Below are positions 9,050 to 19,768 of a DNA stretch of 44,178 nt, piece after piece. The notes beneath the pieces are model-generated. The model saw nothing but the letters and a program-made list of their open reading frames with translations. It did no database searches and had not been told where the DNA came from. The translations under genes were made by a program, and so were the position numbers. Origin of the DNA: Flavobacterium sp. (lineage in GTDB: Bacteria; Bacteroidota; Bacteroidia; Flavobacteriales; Flavobacteriaceae); NCBI GenBank assembly GCA_035317805.1, contig DATHGE010000393.1, positions 1 through 44,178 on the forward strand. The letters are read 5' to 3'. The number at the start of each line of letters is the position of its first letter. Within the stretch, counting starts at the first letter, position 1.

Positions 9050-9817
9050 TTAAAGTTGAACTTGGGTTAACGTCGATACGAATGTGTAATTTGTTGGCGG
9101 ATTTCCCGGAGCAACCCAGTCACAGGTTAAAACGAGTGTTTTAGTCACAGGGTTAACCGTTAAGCCGGTAATGTTGGCTACACCTCCAAAATATTCATTG
9201 GTTAATGGATTGCCAGGAAAAGTGAAAGTATTTGTTGCAATATCACCCGCAATTGTTCCACCTTGAGTTGCAGAGGTAACACCTATAGATCTTCCAAGTG
9301 CGTACCATCCGCCAAAAGCGTCAGATACACCATAAGTACCGTCGTCATTCTTCCAAATCAGGATGTACTCCTGATCTACAGAGCTACCTTGCGATGCCGG
9401 TAATAGGCTTCCGTTTCTTCGTGTAGTTGATGTGTACAGTCCTTCGATGCTGTTGACCAAATCTCCTGTTTTATAAACAATTACCTGTCTGGTCGCTGTA
9501 GCACTAAATCCATCTTCATTTTCAGCAGTATATTCCAGGTTATAGAAATCGGATTTATTGGTATCCAGTGTTTCAGAAACAGTCCCGCGATACACTCCGA
9601 CAAATCTCGTCTGGAGTTCAATTTCATTTCCTCCAACTGTACCCACAGCTCCCGGATCAACATAAGTCGAACCTACCGGAACGAATGCCGGATCATCACC
9701 GCTGAGGGTAATTACAGGATAAATGGTAGTTTTAGAAAGTCCTTCACTCTCATCTTTATCACAGCTTACGAAAAGCCCGCCTGTTACGAGTAACAAGCTT
9801 ATAAATATTTTTTTCAT
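9050..9817 (-). CDS. Surface lipoprotein, BT2262-like (DUF5011 Ig-like domain)
   Basis: Lipobox LFVS-C-DKDESE; YPVITLSGD...YVDPGA...YTAENEDGFS..ATRQVIV. Confidence 0.8.
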   Translation of the reverse strand: MKKIFISLLLVTGGLFVSCDKDESEGLSKTTIYPVITLSGDDPAFVPVGSTYVDPGAVGTVGGNEIELQTRFVGVYRGTVSETLDTNKSDFYNLEYTAENEDGFSATATRQVIVYKTGDLVNSIEGLYTSTTRRNGSLLPASQGSSVDQEYILIWKNDDGTYGVSDAFGGWYALGRSIGVTSATQGGTIAGDIATNTFTFPGNPLTNEYFGGVANITGLTVNPVTKTLVLTCDWVAPGNPPTNYTFVSTLTQVQL

Positions 9818-9823
9818 AATTTT

Positions 9824-11263
9824 TTAGTTTTGAGCCCACCAAACAGGTGTTGTTATTGGTAATAATGCAGGAGTACTACTATTTGTATTGGTTTCTTCCT
9901 GTGGATATACGATTCGTTTTGGAAACAAGCCGCCTGAAGTAGCGCCATTAACTGAATATGCTAATTCTCCAGGTACATATCCAGGATTTGCCTGAGGTAC
10001 TGCAGATGTTGCAGGATAACCCGTTCTGTTAGTGTCGAAGAAAGCTTCAAATCCGTTACCAGGGAAAGCAGCAACCCATTTTTGGGTAATGATGGCTTTG
10101 ATCTGATCCTGTAAACTGCCGCCTGTTGGATATTCATAAGCACCACCCGCAGCAACATAAGTAGAACCATCTAGTTCATATCTTGAGAAATTATGGATAA
10201 CAGCAGCATCGTAAGCAGTTTTTGCATCTGTAGCGCTTCCATAACGGGCTTGCGCCTCTGCCTGTAAAAACAAGCTCTCTTCTCTACTCATTAAGAATGC
10301 TGGAGTTGTTGGGTGCAGTTCAACTACCGAAATTGTTGTAGCACTAACCAGGTTGTTGAAATCTCCCTGATCCAACGCGTTACCCGGACGGTAGTATTCA
10401 GCCGCTCTGCTATCACCGTTAGCATCTAAGTAAGAAGACAACGTTTTGCTTTTTCTTAAATTCTCAGCATTGTTCAATTTTCTTCTGTCAGTCTCGTATA
10501 ATGGATTACTTAAGTTAGGCGTATCTTCAAATTGAGTAACACCCGCATCTGTATCGAGGAAAGTGACACCACTTGAAAGCAATGCAGTGATTCCGGCATC
10601 GGCAATACTTGCCCTTGAGCTATTTGTCTGTCTCATGAAAATTTTCAATTTGAGCGTATTGGCAAAAGCGGTCCATTGGTCCATGTCACCGGCAAAAAAT
10701 AAATCTTCAGCACCAGGGGCATCTCCAACAGAAGTTGATAAATCTTTTGACAGCGCAAAATCCAAATCAGTAATCATAGAATCATAAACTGATTCACCTG
10801 AATCGAAAGCAGGCTGAAGGATATCGATATTATTTGCTTCTGTGTAAGGAATGCTTCCGTAAAAATCTGTCAATATTTGTGACCCTTGTGCATCGAGTAC
10901 GCTGGCCATCAAATAAAATTTCCAGTTTTCTTGCGCTAAAGCTTTTCTTTTTACCTGTCTGATATCACCTAATGCATCATACATATCTCTCCAGGCAGTA
11001 TAATAATCGCCAGTTCCGATAATATAGGAATCTACATCTTTGTATTGGCTAGCAATAGTACTTTGCGTCCAGTATTGTGACCAAAAGCCACCAATCAATG
11101 CATAGTGGGAACCTTCTGCAGCAACTAGTCCTAGCTCACCAGCAGGAAGTTGCGATGCCAAAGGAATGTCAGTTAATGAATCCGGATCCTGGTTAATATC
11201 TAAATCAGTATCGCAAGCTGTAAACAGCATTGATAACATGACTATACTTAATACTTTTTTCAT
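9824..11263 (-). CDS. susD: SusD/RagB family lipoprotein
   Basis: Lipobox LFTA-C; DINQDP, TDFYGSIPYTEA, WTAFANTLKLK, IITQKW, RTGYP, PVWW. Confidence 0.93.
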   Translation of the reverse strand: MKKVLSIVMLSMLFTACDTDLDINQDPDSLTDIPLASQLPAGELGLVAAEGSHYALIGGFWSQYWTQSTIASQYKDVDSYIIGTGDYYTAWRDMYDALGDIRQVKRKALAQENWKFYLMASVLDAQGSQILTDFYGSIPYTEANNIDILQPAFDSGESVYDSMITDLDFALSKDLSTSVGDAPGAEDLFFAGDMDQWTAFANTLKLKIFMRQTNSSRASIADAGITALLSSGVTFLDTDAGVTQFEDTPNLSNPLYETDRRKLNNAENLRKSKTLSSYLDANGDSRAAEYYRPGNALDQGDFNNLVSATTISVVELHPTTPAFLMSREESLFLQAEAQARYGSATDAKTAYDAAVIHNFSRYELDGSTYVAAGGAYEYPTGGSLQDQIKAIITQKWVAAFPGNGFEAFFDTNRTGYPATSAVPQANPGYVPGELAYSVNGATSGGLFPKRIVYPQEETNTNSSTPALLPITTPVWWAQN

Positions 11264-11274
11264 TTTTATTTTTT

Positions 11275-14200
11275 TTAGAATGTTAATTTGAGGGTAGTTC
11301 CGTATGACCTTTGTGATGGTGTACCGTAAGATTCGCCAAATTCACTACTTACTGCACTTCCCTGGAATGTTGAAACTTCAGGATCTACGTAAGCATTTCC
11401 GTTCGGCGTCCATAAGAACAAGTTTTTACCATAAATAGAAACAGATGCATTTACAAACCCGATTCTTTTAGCAATTTCTGAAGATACATTGTAAGTCAAA
11501 GAAATGTCTCTTAATCTAACATAAGTTTTGTCTACAATAAATTCTCTTGCTGTAGAAGGATTGTATTGTGTATCGTAGAAGTTAGTAATGTTACCAGTTC
11601 CTGCAGTTACGAAAGAACTGATTGGAGTAGAGTTTTCAACATAGGTAGTAACACCGCCGTTAACCACTTCATGAACAGAATTAGGAATAACGAAATTGTT
11701 ACGTCCATTGTATGTTGTTTCGATACCGTTACCTACGAAATATTCGAGGTATTTGGTTTCGGCGAACATTTCACCACCTTGTTTCCAGTCAACACCGAAA
11801 GATAACACTACGTTTTTGTATGTGAATTTGTTTACAAATCCCATAGCGAAATCGCGCTCTGAATTTCCAATTTCCTGCTGCTCCGTTGTTGGCACATAAT
11901 ATCCTTTGTCGTCAACGATAAATTGTCCTGCAGCATTCGTTTTTGGAACTTTTGACATATACACACCAAGTGGATGCCCAACCTGTGCATTGAAAGTTAC
12001 ATCACGGCCATTGATCAATTCTATTTTATCTGAACCGTCAAAAATACGATCTACATTACTTTCGTTTTTGGTAAACGTTGTGTTGAAATTCCACGTGAAG
12101 TTCTCGGTTTGGATAGGCACAAGACCTAAGCTAATCTCGATACCTTTATTGGTTACATCCATAATGTTACCAGTTTGTTGGGTAAAACCTGTCGATGCTG
12201 CTACTGCTTTGTTGTAAATTACATCGGCTGTTTTCTTGTTGTAAACAGAAGCATCAAGATTTACTCTTCTTGAGAAGAAATTACCTTCCAAACCAAATTC
12301 TGTTTCCGTGGTTGTTTCTGGTTTTAATGCACTATTTCCCAAAACATTAGAGTATTCATAGGCATTAATGCCTCCGATAGGGAAAGTGATAGTCCCAAAA
12401 TTTGCACCAGCGACTGCCTGAAGATAGCTTGTTGATGTAAAGTAAGGATTTGCATCTTTAGCAACTTTAGACCAGCCACCTCTCAATTTCACAAAAGTCT
12501 TATCCGTATCCAAAATCACTCCGCTTAATGCAGCTGATGGATAGAAGTAAGAATTATTGTCTTGTGGAAGCGTTGAACTCCAGTCATTACGTCCTGTAAG
12601 TGTTAAGAAAATGCGATTTTTGAATGAACCTTCCAGCGAGCCATAAACACCAAAAACCCTTTGCACTGCGTTGTTCTGAGCAACGGTTGGCTTGGATGCA
12701 GAGTTACTGAGTTCATAATAATTTGGCAAATCCAATTCTGTAATCCTGCCCTGTAACTGATCTAATTTTCTTTCGTTCGCAGCAAAACCAAGTAAGGCGT
12801 TAAATGTAAAATCCTCAGAAATATTGGTATTGTAGTTAAAGTTGAGGTAAGAGTCCAATTCTGTACGCTCTGTTCTTAATTCTGTAACACCTCCAACAGT
12901 TGGAATGGTACCGTTAGCATCCTGAGAAGAACCTTCAGTATATTCTACAAGAGCACCATAGCTTTTAATTTTTTCCATTCTGTAATCTCCTCCAATTTGG
13001 TAAACAGCAGAGAATTTTGAATTGAATTTATAAGTAAAATTGGTGTTTCCATAAAAGCGGTTACCATCAATTTTTGTTGAATTCTCGTTCAACAGGAAAT
13101 AAGGGTTTGAAGCGTAAGGGGTAAAATAGTTACTTGGATTGTTAAATGTACTGTGGTAGTCTTTCAAATCAACGATGCTGATGTCTGAAGGAATCTGGAT
13201 CATTTCCTGAACCAATGTAGCGCCTTCACCTGCATCATCACCGGAGCCGGTATTTACGGCTCTTTGATCTTTTTTAACGTAATTCAAATTTACCTTCACA
13301 TCCAATTTGTCGCTGGTGATTCCAGCACTAAAAGAGAGGTTCCTTCTTTTGAAAGAGTCAGAATTCGTTGGGATGATACCGTCAGAGTTTACGTCTGAAT
13401 AACCCAATGAGAAATTAGAATTCTCACCGCCACCGGTAACCCTGAACCCTGAAGTCAAAGTAGTGCCTGTTTCGTAGAAATCCCTGACATTATTTTTCAA
13501 ACCAACATAAGGCTTGATTTGTTGCGTGCCATTGACAATAGTTCCCCAAGGGCGAATTTCGCCATTAAAAGCAGGTCCCCATGAACCGTTTTCAGCACTT
13601 ACTGCAACACCGTGACTTTCCAGACCTGAGAAGCCAGCACCTTGCCATCCCTGGCCAAAGTCATATTGTTGGTGCGGTACTCTTGCCACTTCGTCAGAAT
13701 CATATGAAGAAGTCAATTCGACCCTGATTTTGTCTCCTTTTTTACCACTCTTTGTAGTAATGATGATTGCGCCAGAACCGGCTCTTGAGCCGTATAACGC
13801 TGTCGCTGCAGCACCTTTAAGGACAGTCATGCTTTCAATACTGTTAGGATCTAAATCTCCCAAACCATTTCCGGCATCATAGGTTCTTCTGTTTGTAGCA
13901 AGTCCTGATGCGCCATTACCGGTGTTACCGATTGGCGTACCGTCTATAATCAGAAGCGGGTCGTTGTTTGTCAAACTGCTGTATCCACGGATGATAATTT
14001 TGGTGGAAGCACCCACCTGGGCCGGAGCCTGTATGTCAACACCCGCAAGTTTTCCTGATAAAGAACCAAAGACATTGGTATTGCTTACCTCTGTAAGGTC
14101 TTTTGCTGATACAGTAACCGTGGCATAACCAAGCTCTCGTTTCTGTCTCTTGATACCCAACGCGGTTACAACTACGCCTTCCAATTGAACGGAATCATCG

Positions 14201-14481
14201 GCAAGTTTAACCGTCATGCTTGCTGCTGCAGCTTTTTCCTGGGTTTTCATTCCCAGAAAGCTGAACACCAAAACTGAACCCGGCGCTGCTTTAAGTTGAA
14301 ATTTCCCGTCAAAATCGGTTTGAACACCATTGGTGGTTCCTTTTACAAGAACATTTACACCGGGTAGTGGCAGTCCTGCTTGATCTTGCACAACCCCGTT
14401 CACCGTAATGTCCTGCGCAAATGTAATTTGCGTTATTAGCACTAGAAGAAGCGCTAAAAATCCATTGAACTTTAGTTTCAT
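11275..14481 (-). CDS. susC: SusC/RagA TonB-dependent outer membrane transporter
   Basis: N-terminal extension LPGVNVLVKGT, VVVTALGIKR, plug LKGAAATALYGSRA, RNDWSSTLP, terminal Phe. Confidence 0.96.
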   Translation of the reverse strand: MKLKFNGFLALLLVLITQITFAQDITVNGVVQDQAGLPLPGVNVLVKGTTNGVQTDFDGKFQLKAAPGSVLVFSFLGMKTQEKAAAASMTVKLADDSVQLEGVVVTALGIKRQKRELGYATVTVSAKDLTEVSNTNVFGSLSGKLAGVDIQAPAQVGASTKIIIRGYSSLTNNDPLLIIDGTPIGNTGNGASGLATNRRTYDAGNGLGDLDPNSIESMTVLKGAAATALYGSRAGSGAIIITTKSGKKGDKIRVELTSSYDSDEVARVPHQQYDFGQGWQGAGFSGLESHGVAVSAENGSWGPAFNGEIRPWGTIVNGTQQIKPYVGLKNNVRDFYETGTTLTSGFRVTGGGENSNFSLGYSDVNSDGIIPTNSDSFKRRNLSFSAGITSDKLDVKVNLNYVKKDQRAVNTGSGDDAGEGATLVQEMIQIPSDISIVDLKDYHSTFNNPSNYFTPYASNPYFLLNENSTKIDGNRFYGNTNFTYKFNSKFSAVYQIGGDYRMEKIKSYGALVEYTEGSSQDANGTIPTVGGVTELRTERTELDSYLNFNYNTNISEDFTFNALLGFAANERKLDQLQGRITELDLPNYYELSNSASKPTVAQNNAVQRVFGVYGSLEGSFKNRIFLTLTGRNDWSSTLPQDNNSYFYPSAALSGVILDTDKTFVKLRGGWSKVAKDANPYFTSTSYLQAVAGANFGTITFPIGGINAYEYSNVLGNSALKPETTTETEFGLEGNFFSRRVNLDASVYNKKTADVIYNKAVAASTGFTQQTGNIMDVTNKGIEISLGLVPIQTENFTWNFNTTFTKNESNVDRIFDGSDKIELINGRDVTFNAQVGHPLGVYMSKVPKTNAAGQFIVDDKGYYVPTTEQQEIGNSERDFAMGFVNKFTYKNVVLSFGVDWKQGGEMFAETKYLEYFVGNGIETTYNGRNNFVIPNSVHEVVNGGVTTYVENSTPISSFVTAGTGNITNFYDTQYNPSTAREFIVDKTYVRLRDISLTYNVSSEIAKRIGFVNASVSIYGKNLFLWTPNGNAYVDPEVSTFQGSAVSSEFGESYGTPSQRSYGTTLKLTF

Positions 14482-14515
14482 TTTAAATTATTTTGAATTA
14501 GTTACCCCAAAAGTC

Positions 14516-14523
14516 CAAATTTA
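14516..14523 (-). promoter_or_regulatory. -7 element TAAATTTG for susC
   Basis: TAnnTTTG, 34 bp upstream of the susC ATG. Confidence 0.5.
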
Positions 14524-14580
14524 TTGTTAAGTTTCCTAATGTTATCAGCTTTTTTTTATGCTTTTTTTTTAGCAAAAATG

Positions 14581-16248
14581 TTAAAAATTCGTTTTAAAGC
14601 TAATATGGACAATCGAGTTGGAGAGTTTAATTGTCTGGTCTTTAGTGCTTCCGTTCGCATAAACGATATTAAAAAGGCCATTTTTAGTCAATAGCCCGAA
14701 TCCAAAGCCCAATCCCAGCAAACTTCCGCTGTTGTTTGAAGTTTTATCCTGATAATACCCATAGTCAATAATGGTGTGGACATAAATTCCCGGGGCGAGC
14801 ACATACCGGTATTCGGTAAGTATTGCCGAAAAAAGGTTGGCCTGCAGGCTGTTTTCGCTGAAACCGCGGATCGAATTGATGCCGCCAAACCGATACAGCT
14901 CATTGATAATATAAGTGTCGCTGTTCAGGAAATAGCTTTGCGTCTTAATGTTAAAACTGTTTTTATCGTTAAGATAAAGGTTGTGTTTGAGGTCGAGGCT
15001 TACGAAAAACTGGTCGTTTGAGCCTGCTTTTGAGTTTCGCGAACCGATCCCTGCCTTAAAATTAACTTTTGTCTGCTCTGGGAACAGGAAGTCATCGGGC
15101 TTAAAGTTAAGGAATTCAAAATTCGCAGTGACGAAGGAATTCTTGAAATCACTTATCGTTGCGCTGTTCAGGTTTTGGATGTCGCTCGATTCGGTCGATT
15201 GGTAGCCCAGATAAAGCCGCGTGTTGTAATTGAAAAAATAACCAAGGTCCAGGGCGGTTTTCGTATTCTGGAAGGTACTGTCCTGCTTGAAGATGTTGAG
15301 CTGTGCTTTTAATCCAAACGGGCTTTTAAAAATATAAGGCAATTCGATCGCGGCGTTGAAGGTTTTCTGGTCGTTGCCGTCGCTTTTCCAATACAATGTA
15401 AAGGTTTCCCCGGTATTGGCAATATTGTTCAGCACCAGATCGACGTAACCATTCAGTTTGATTTTCTTGTCGTCGTCGTTTGAAAACCCGATGTACCCGT
15501 CAAAAGTATTGGCTTTCGCCTTCTCAAGATATACATAGATTTTGGTGGAATCTTTCTCAAAAAGGATCTCGGGATATTTGACCTGCTTCACAAAGCGGAA
15601 CTTTTCAAAATCGTCATACACCTTCCTGAGGTTTTCCTGGTTGAAGGTCTTATTGCGATACATGCGCCGGATATTCGCCTTATGTCCTTCGGGAAATTTC
15701 TCATAGCCATTGACGACAATATCATTGAGCTGTCTTTGGGTATTTAATTTCAGGTCGAGATCGGCTTCAAGGTAACTGCCCTGGCTTTTAATGTTTACGA
15801 GTTTCAGTTTCGCCAGCGCATATCCTTTCCGTTCGAGCTTACTGAGCGCCTGGTTTAAAAACGGCTCCACTTCGGCATAAGGCATAATAATCGTGTCCTT
15901 TTTTTTGTCGGAAAGCGACAGGTTTTGGAATTCGGGATTCGCACCTATATATATATGTATAAACCGGGTTCTTTTTCCGAGGCGGAATTCAAACAGGAAA
16001 GTGGAATCGTTAACCTTGTTCCGTGTCTCGATTTCGTGTTCGATAAAACCCATCCGCAATAGTTTTTCCGACAGTATATTGGTTTCGTCCGTAATGGATT
16101 TGGTGTTGGCGTGTCTTGGATGGTATCCGATGGAATCGATTGTGGCGGTTTCCGATTCGGTTTTCCCGGCTATTTTGAGGTATAAATCCTGTGCGGATAT
16201 ATTCCATCCGAAACAAAGCAATAAAATAAAGGAGATGATGAATTTCAA
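14581..16248 (-). CDS. Outer membrane protein with POTRA-like region and beta-barrel (Omp85/TamA-like)
   Basis: TTG start, signal peptide, LERKGYALA POTRA-like helix, FGGINSIRGF (Omp85 L6 RGF motif), terminal Phe. Confidence 0.8.
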   Translation of the reverse strand: MKFIISFILLLCFGWNISAQDLYLKIAGKTESETATIDSIGYHPRHANTKSITDETNILSEKLLRMGFIEHEIETRNKVNDSTFLFEFRLGKRTRFIHIYIGANPEFQNLSLSDKKKDTIIMPYAEVEPFLNQALSKLERKGYALAKLKLVNIKSQGSYLEADLDLKLNTQRQLNDIVVNGYEKFPEGHKANIRRMYRNKTFNQENLRKVYDDFEKFRFVKQVKYPEILFEKDSTKIYVYLEKAKANTFDGYIGFSNDDDKKIKLNGYVDLVLNNIANTGETFTLYWKSDGNDQKTFNAAIELPYIFKSPFGLKAQLNIFKQDSTFQNTKTALDLGYFFNYNTRLYLGYQSTESSDIQNLNSATISDFKNSFVTANFEFLNFKPDDFLFPEQTKVNFKAGIGSRNSKAGSNDQFFVSLDLKHNLYLNDKNSFNIKTQSYFLNSDTYIINELYRFGGINSIRGFSENSLQANLFSAILTEYRYVLAPGIYVHTIIDYGYYQDKTSNNSGSLLGLGFGFGLLTKNGLFNIVYANGSTKDQTIKLSNSIVHISFKTNF

Positions 16249-16451
16249 GCGGATTGTAAATTTTGATAAAGTAACGCAAAAAATAAAAGGTTTGATATAA
16301 TGTGCAGGCAGATTTTGCAGTTTGTGCTTTTAAATTAGAATACAAAAAGATTGGCAATCTTCCATCAGCTTAAAAAAATACATTGTTGCGTTTGCATAAG
16401 AGTTTATGAATCTGTATGGCAGTTTTCCGGAACTGCAAACCAATGCTTCAG

Positions 16452-16538
16452 GTATGGATAGTGTAGGGATGGTGTATAGATAAAGCATAGATACAGTATG
16501 GATAGTGTATGCGGAATGTATGCGAGTGTATGCACAAC
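16452..16538. repeat. Degenerate tandem array of 8 units, 11-bp period (consensus about GTATGGATAGT)
   Basis: gtatggatagt gtagggatggt gtatagataaa gcatagataca gtatggatagt gtatgcggaat gtatgcgagt gtatgcacaac. Confidence 0.8.
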
Positions 16539-16622
16539 CCAATATTCTCAAAAATCAGACCATTGTAATGCTGACTCAAAAAATACCCTGTGAGTAGATG
16601 AATGAAAATTAATGAATTATGA

Positions 16623-16653
16623 TTTGTTTGATTAAAAAATATTACTACATTTG
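16623..16653 (+). promoter_or_regulatory. Consensus Bacteroidota promoter of the rpsL supercluster
   Basis: TTTG (16623-16626), 19-bp spacer, TACATTTG (16646-16653). Confidence 0.8.
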
Positions 16654-16706
16654 CAACCCCGTAAAAAGCGGGAATTAATAACGTAATATATTTTTAGTAT
16701 TAAATT

Positions 16707-17090
16707 ATGCCAACAATTCAACAATTAGTAAGAACTGGAAGAACTCAGATAACTAAGAAGAGTAAATCGGTTGCTTTAGATTCTTGTCCTCAAAGAAGAG
16801 GTGTTTGTACGCGTGTTTACACTACAACTCCAAAAAAACCAAACTCCGCAATGCGTAAAGTTGCGCGTGTACGTTTGACTAATGGAAATGAAGTGAATGC
16901 TTACATCCCTGGTGAAGGACATAATCTACAAGAGCACTCGATAGTATTAGTTAGGGGTGGAAGGGTTAAAGATTTACCGGGAGTTAGATACCACATCGTT
17001 CGTGGTGCGCTTGATACATCAGGTGTAGCGGGAAGAACGCAAAGAAGATCTAAATACGGTGCTAAACGCCCTAAAGAAGCGAAAAAGTAA
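16707..17090 (+). CDS. rpsL: 30S ribosomal protein S12
   Basis: [20 protein letters not shown]. Confidence 0.99.
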
Positions 17091-17113
17091 TTAAAAACTT
17101 TTAAGAAAAAGAC

Positions 17114-17590
17114 ATGAGAAAAAGAGCGGCCAAAAAAAGACCCCTTTTACCAGATCCAAGGTTTAATGACCAACTGGTAACCCGTTTTGTGAACAACTTA
17201 ATGTGGGACGGAAAAAAATCGACAGCATTCAAAGTATTTTATGATGCAATTGACATCGTAGAAGCTAAGAAACAAGATGCTGAAAAATCATCATTGGAAA
17301 TCTGGAAAGATGCCTTGACAAATGTGATGCCGCACGTAGAAGTACGTAGCCGTCGTGTTGGTGGAGCTACCTTCCAAATCCCGATGCAAATCAGACCAGA
17401 CCGTAAAATCTCCATGGCAATGAAATGGATGATCCTTTACGCTCGCAGAAGAAATGAGAAATCTATGGCGCAACGTTTGGCCTCTGAAGTTTTAGCTGCG
17501 GCTAAAGAAGAAGGTGCTGCCGTTAAGAAACGTATGGATACTCATAAAATGGCTGAAGCAAACAAAGCATTCTCTCACTTTAGATTTTAA
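17114..17590 (+). CDS. rpsG: 30S ribosomal protein S7
   Basis: [22 protein letters not shown]. Confidence 0.99.
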   Translation: MRKRAAKKRPLLPDPRFNDQLVTRFVNNLMWDGKKSTAFKVFYDAIDIVEAKKQDAEKSSLEIWKDALTNVMPHVEVRSRRVGGATFQIPMQIRPDRKISMAMKWMILYARRRNEKSMAQRLASEVLAAAKEEGAAVKKRMDTHKMAEANKAFSHFRF

Positions 17591-17599
17591 TCATAAGAA

Positions 17600-19756
17600 A
17601 TGGCAAGAGATTTAAAATACACAAGAAACATTGGAATTGCTGCCCATATCGATGCCGGTAAAACGACAACGACTGAGCGTATCCTTTTCTATACTGGTAA
17701 ATCACACAAAATTGGTGAAGTACACGATGGTGCTGCAACAATGGACTGGATGGCACAGGAGCAGGAGCGTGGCATTACCATTACTTCGGCTGCTACAACT
17801 TGTGAGTGGAGTTTTCCAACAGAACAAGGGAAGCCGTTACCAGAGTCGTTACCTTACCACTTTAATATTATCGATACCCCGGGACACGTGGATTTTACCG
17901 TAGAGGTAAACCGTTCATTGCGTGTACTTGACGGTTTGGTTTTCTTGTTTTCTGCAGTTGACGGTGTTGAGCCGCAATCAGAAACCAACTGGAGGCTTGC
18001 TGACCAGTACCGTGTGCCGCGTATGGGATTCGTAAACAAAATGGACCGTCAGGGGTCAAACTTCCTTGGAGTTTGCCAACAGGTTCGCGATATGTTGAAA
18101 TCAAACGCTGTTGCGATTACATTGCCAATAGGTGATGAGATCGACTTTAAAGGTGTTGTTGACTTGGTTAAAAACCAGGCGATCGTATGGCATGATGAGA
18201 CTTTAGGCGCTACTTTCGATATCGTACCGATTCCGGCTGAGATGATCGCCGAAGTAAAAGAATACAGAGATATTCTTATCGAAGCAGTTGCTGATTATGA
18301 TGAAAACTTGCTTGATAAGTATATGGAAAATCCAGATTCTATCACTGAGGAAGAAATCAACAAAGCATTGCGCGCAGCGACTATGGACATGGCTATCATC
18401 CCGATGATTGCCGGTTCTTCTTTTAAAAACAAAGGAGTTCAGTTCATGTTGGACGCGGTTTGCAAATATTTGCCTTCTCCAATGGACAAAGAAGGTATCG
18501 AAGGAATTCATCCTGATGATGCTGATTTGCTCGAAGAAGACCAAACTAAAATCCTTCGTAAACCAGACGTTAAAGAGCCGTTCGCTGCTTTGGCATTTAA
18601 GATTGCAACCGATCCATTCGTAGGTCGTCTCGCTTTCTTCCGTGCATATTCAGGACGTCTTGACGCAGGTTCTTACGTATTGAACACACGTTCAGGAAAC
18701 AAAGAAAGGATTTCACGTATCTACCAGATGCACGCAAACAAGCAAAATCCAATCGATTATATCGAGGCTGGTGATATTGGAGCTGCTGTTGGATTTAAAG
18801 ATATCAAAACAGGTGATACTTTGTGTGATGAAAAACACCCGATTATCCTTGAATCAATGAAATTCCCTGCGCCGGTAATTGGTATCGCTATCGAGCCAAA
18901 AACCAAAGCGGACGTAGATAAAATGGGTATGGCTTTGGCTAAATTGGCTGAAGAAGATCCAACATTTACAGTTAGAACTGACGAAGCTTCAGGACAGACG
19001 ATCATTTCAGGTATGGGTGAGTTGCACTTAGACATCCTTGTAGATCGTATGAAACGCGAATTCAAAGTAGAGGTGAACCAAGGGGAACCACAGGTTGAAT
19101 ACAAAGAGGCTTTCACAAAATCTGCACAGCACAGAGAAACTTACAAGAAACAATCAGGTGGTCGTGGTAAATTCGGTGATATCGTATTTAGACTGGAGCC
19201 GGCTGACGAAGTGGAAGGCAAAACTCCGGTAGGATTGCAGTTTGTTAACGCTGTTAAAGGTGGTAACGTTCCTAAGGAATACATTCCTTCTGTAGAGAAA
19301 GGTTTCCGTGAAGCAATGAAAACAGGTCCTTTAGCAGGATACCAGGTAGATAGCTTAAAAGTAACCTTATTGGATGGATCTTTCCACCCGGTCGATTCAG
19401 ATGCGCTTTCTTTCGAGCTTGCTGCTAAGATGGGTTACAAAGAAGTGGCGAAAGCTGCAGGAGCAATCATCCTCGAGCCGATCATGAAAATGGAAGTTAT
19501 CACACCAGAAGAGAACATGGGAGATATCGTTGGTGATATCAACCGTCGTCGCGGACAGGTGAATGACATGGGTGACAGGGCCGGTGCAAAAACCATCAAA
19601 GCGGATGTGCCATTGTCTGAGATGTTCGGATATGTAACCACATTGAGAACATTGTCTTCAGGCCGTGCAACTTCAACGATGGAGTTTTCACACTACGCTG
19701 AAACACCTTCTAACATTTCGGAAGCAGTAATCAAAAAAGCAAAAGGAATCGCTTAA
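17600..19756 (+). CDS. fusA: Elongation factor G
   Basis: [33 protein letters not shown]. Confidence 0.99.
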   Translation: MARDLKYTRNIGIAAHIDAGKTTTTERILFYTGKSHKIGEVHDGAATMDWMAQEQERGITITSAATTCEWSFPTEQGKPLPESLPYHFNIIDTPGHVDFTVEVNRSLRVLDGLVFLFSAVDGVEPQSETNWRLADQYRVPRMGFVNKMDRQGSNFLGVCQQVRDMLKSNAVAITLPIGDEIDFKGVVDLVKNQAIVWHDETLGATFDIVPIPAEMIAEVKEYRDILIEAVADYDENLLDKYMENPDSITEEEINKALRAATMDMAIIPMIAGSSFKNKGVQFMLDAVCKYLPSPMDKEGIEGIHPDDADLLEEDQTKILRKPDVKEPFAALAFKIATDPFVGRLAFFRAYSGRLDAGSYVLNTRSGNKERISRIYQMHANKQNPIDYIEAGDIGAAVGFKDIKTGDTLCDEKHPIILESMKFPAPVIGIAIEPKTKADVDKMGMALAKLAEEDPTFTVRTDEASGQTIISGMGELHLDILVDRMKREFKVEVNQGEPQVEYKEAFTKSAQHRETYKKQSGGRGKFGDIVFRLEPADEVEGKTPVGLQFVNAVKGGNVPKEYIPSVEKGFREAMKTGPLAGYQVDSLKVTLLDGSFHPVDSDALSFELAAKMGYKEVAKAAGAIILEPIMKMEVITPEENMGDIVGDINRRRGQVNDMGDRAGAKTIKADVPLSEMFGYVTTLRTLSSGRATSTMEFSHYAETPSNISEAVIKKAKGIA

Positions 19757-19768
19757 TTCTAAAAGAAA

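Noticed and set aside
16452-16538. Possible CRISPR array
   Set aside because: Units are 11 bp and contiguous, with no unique spacers and no cas genes.
16330-16551. 73-aa minus-strand ORF over the tandem array
   Set aside because: The 11-bp period is not a multiple of 3, the product looks like translated repeat, and no family is recognisable.
16707-17090. Streptomycin-resistance alleles in rpsL
   Set aside because: The PKKPNS and RVKDLPG motifs are wild type.
19757-19768. Absence of tuf after fusA, and of adk/map after secY
   Set aside because: To my knowledge this is the ordinary Flavobacteriia arrangement, not a deletion.
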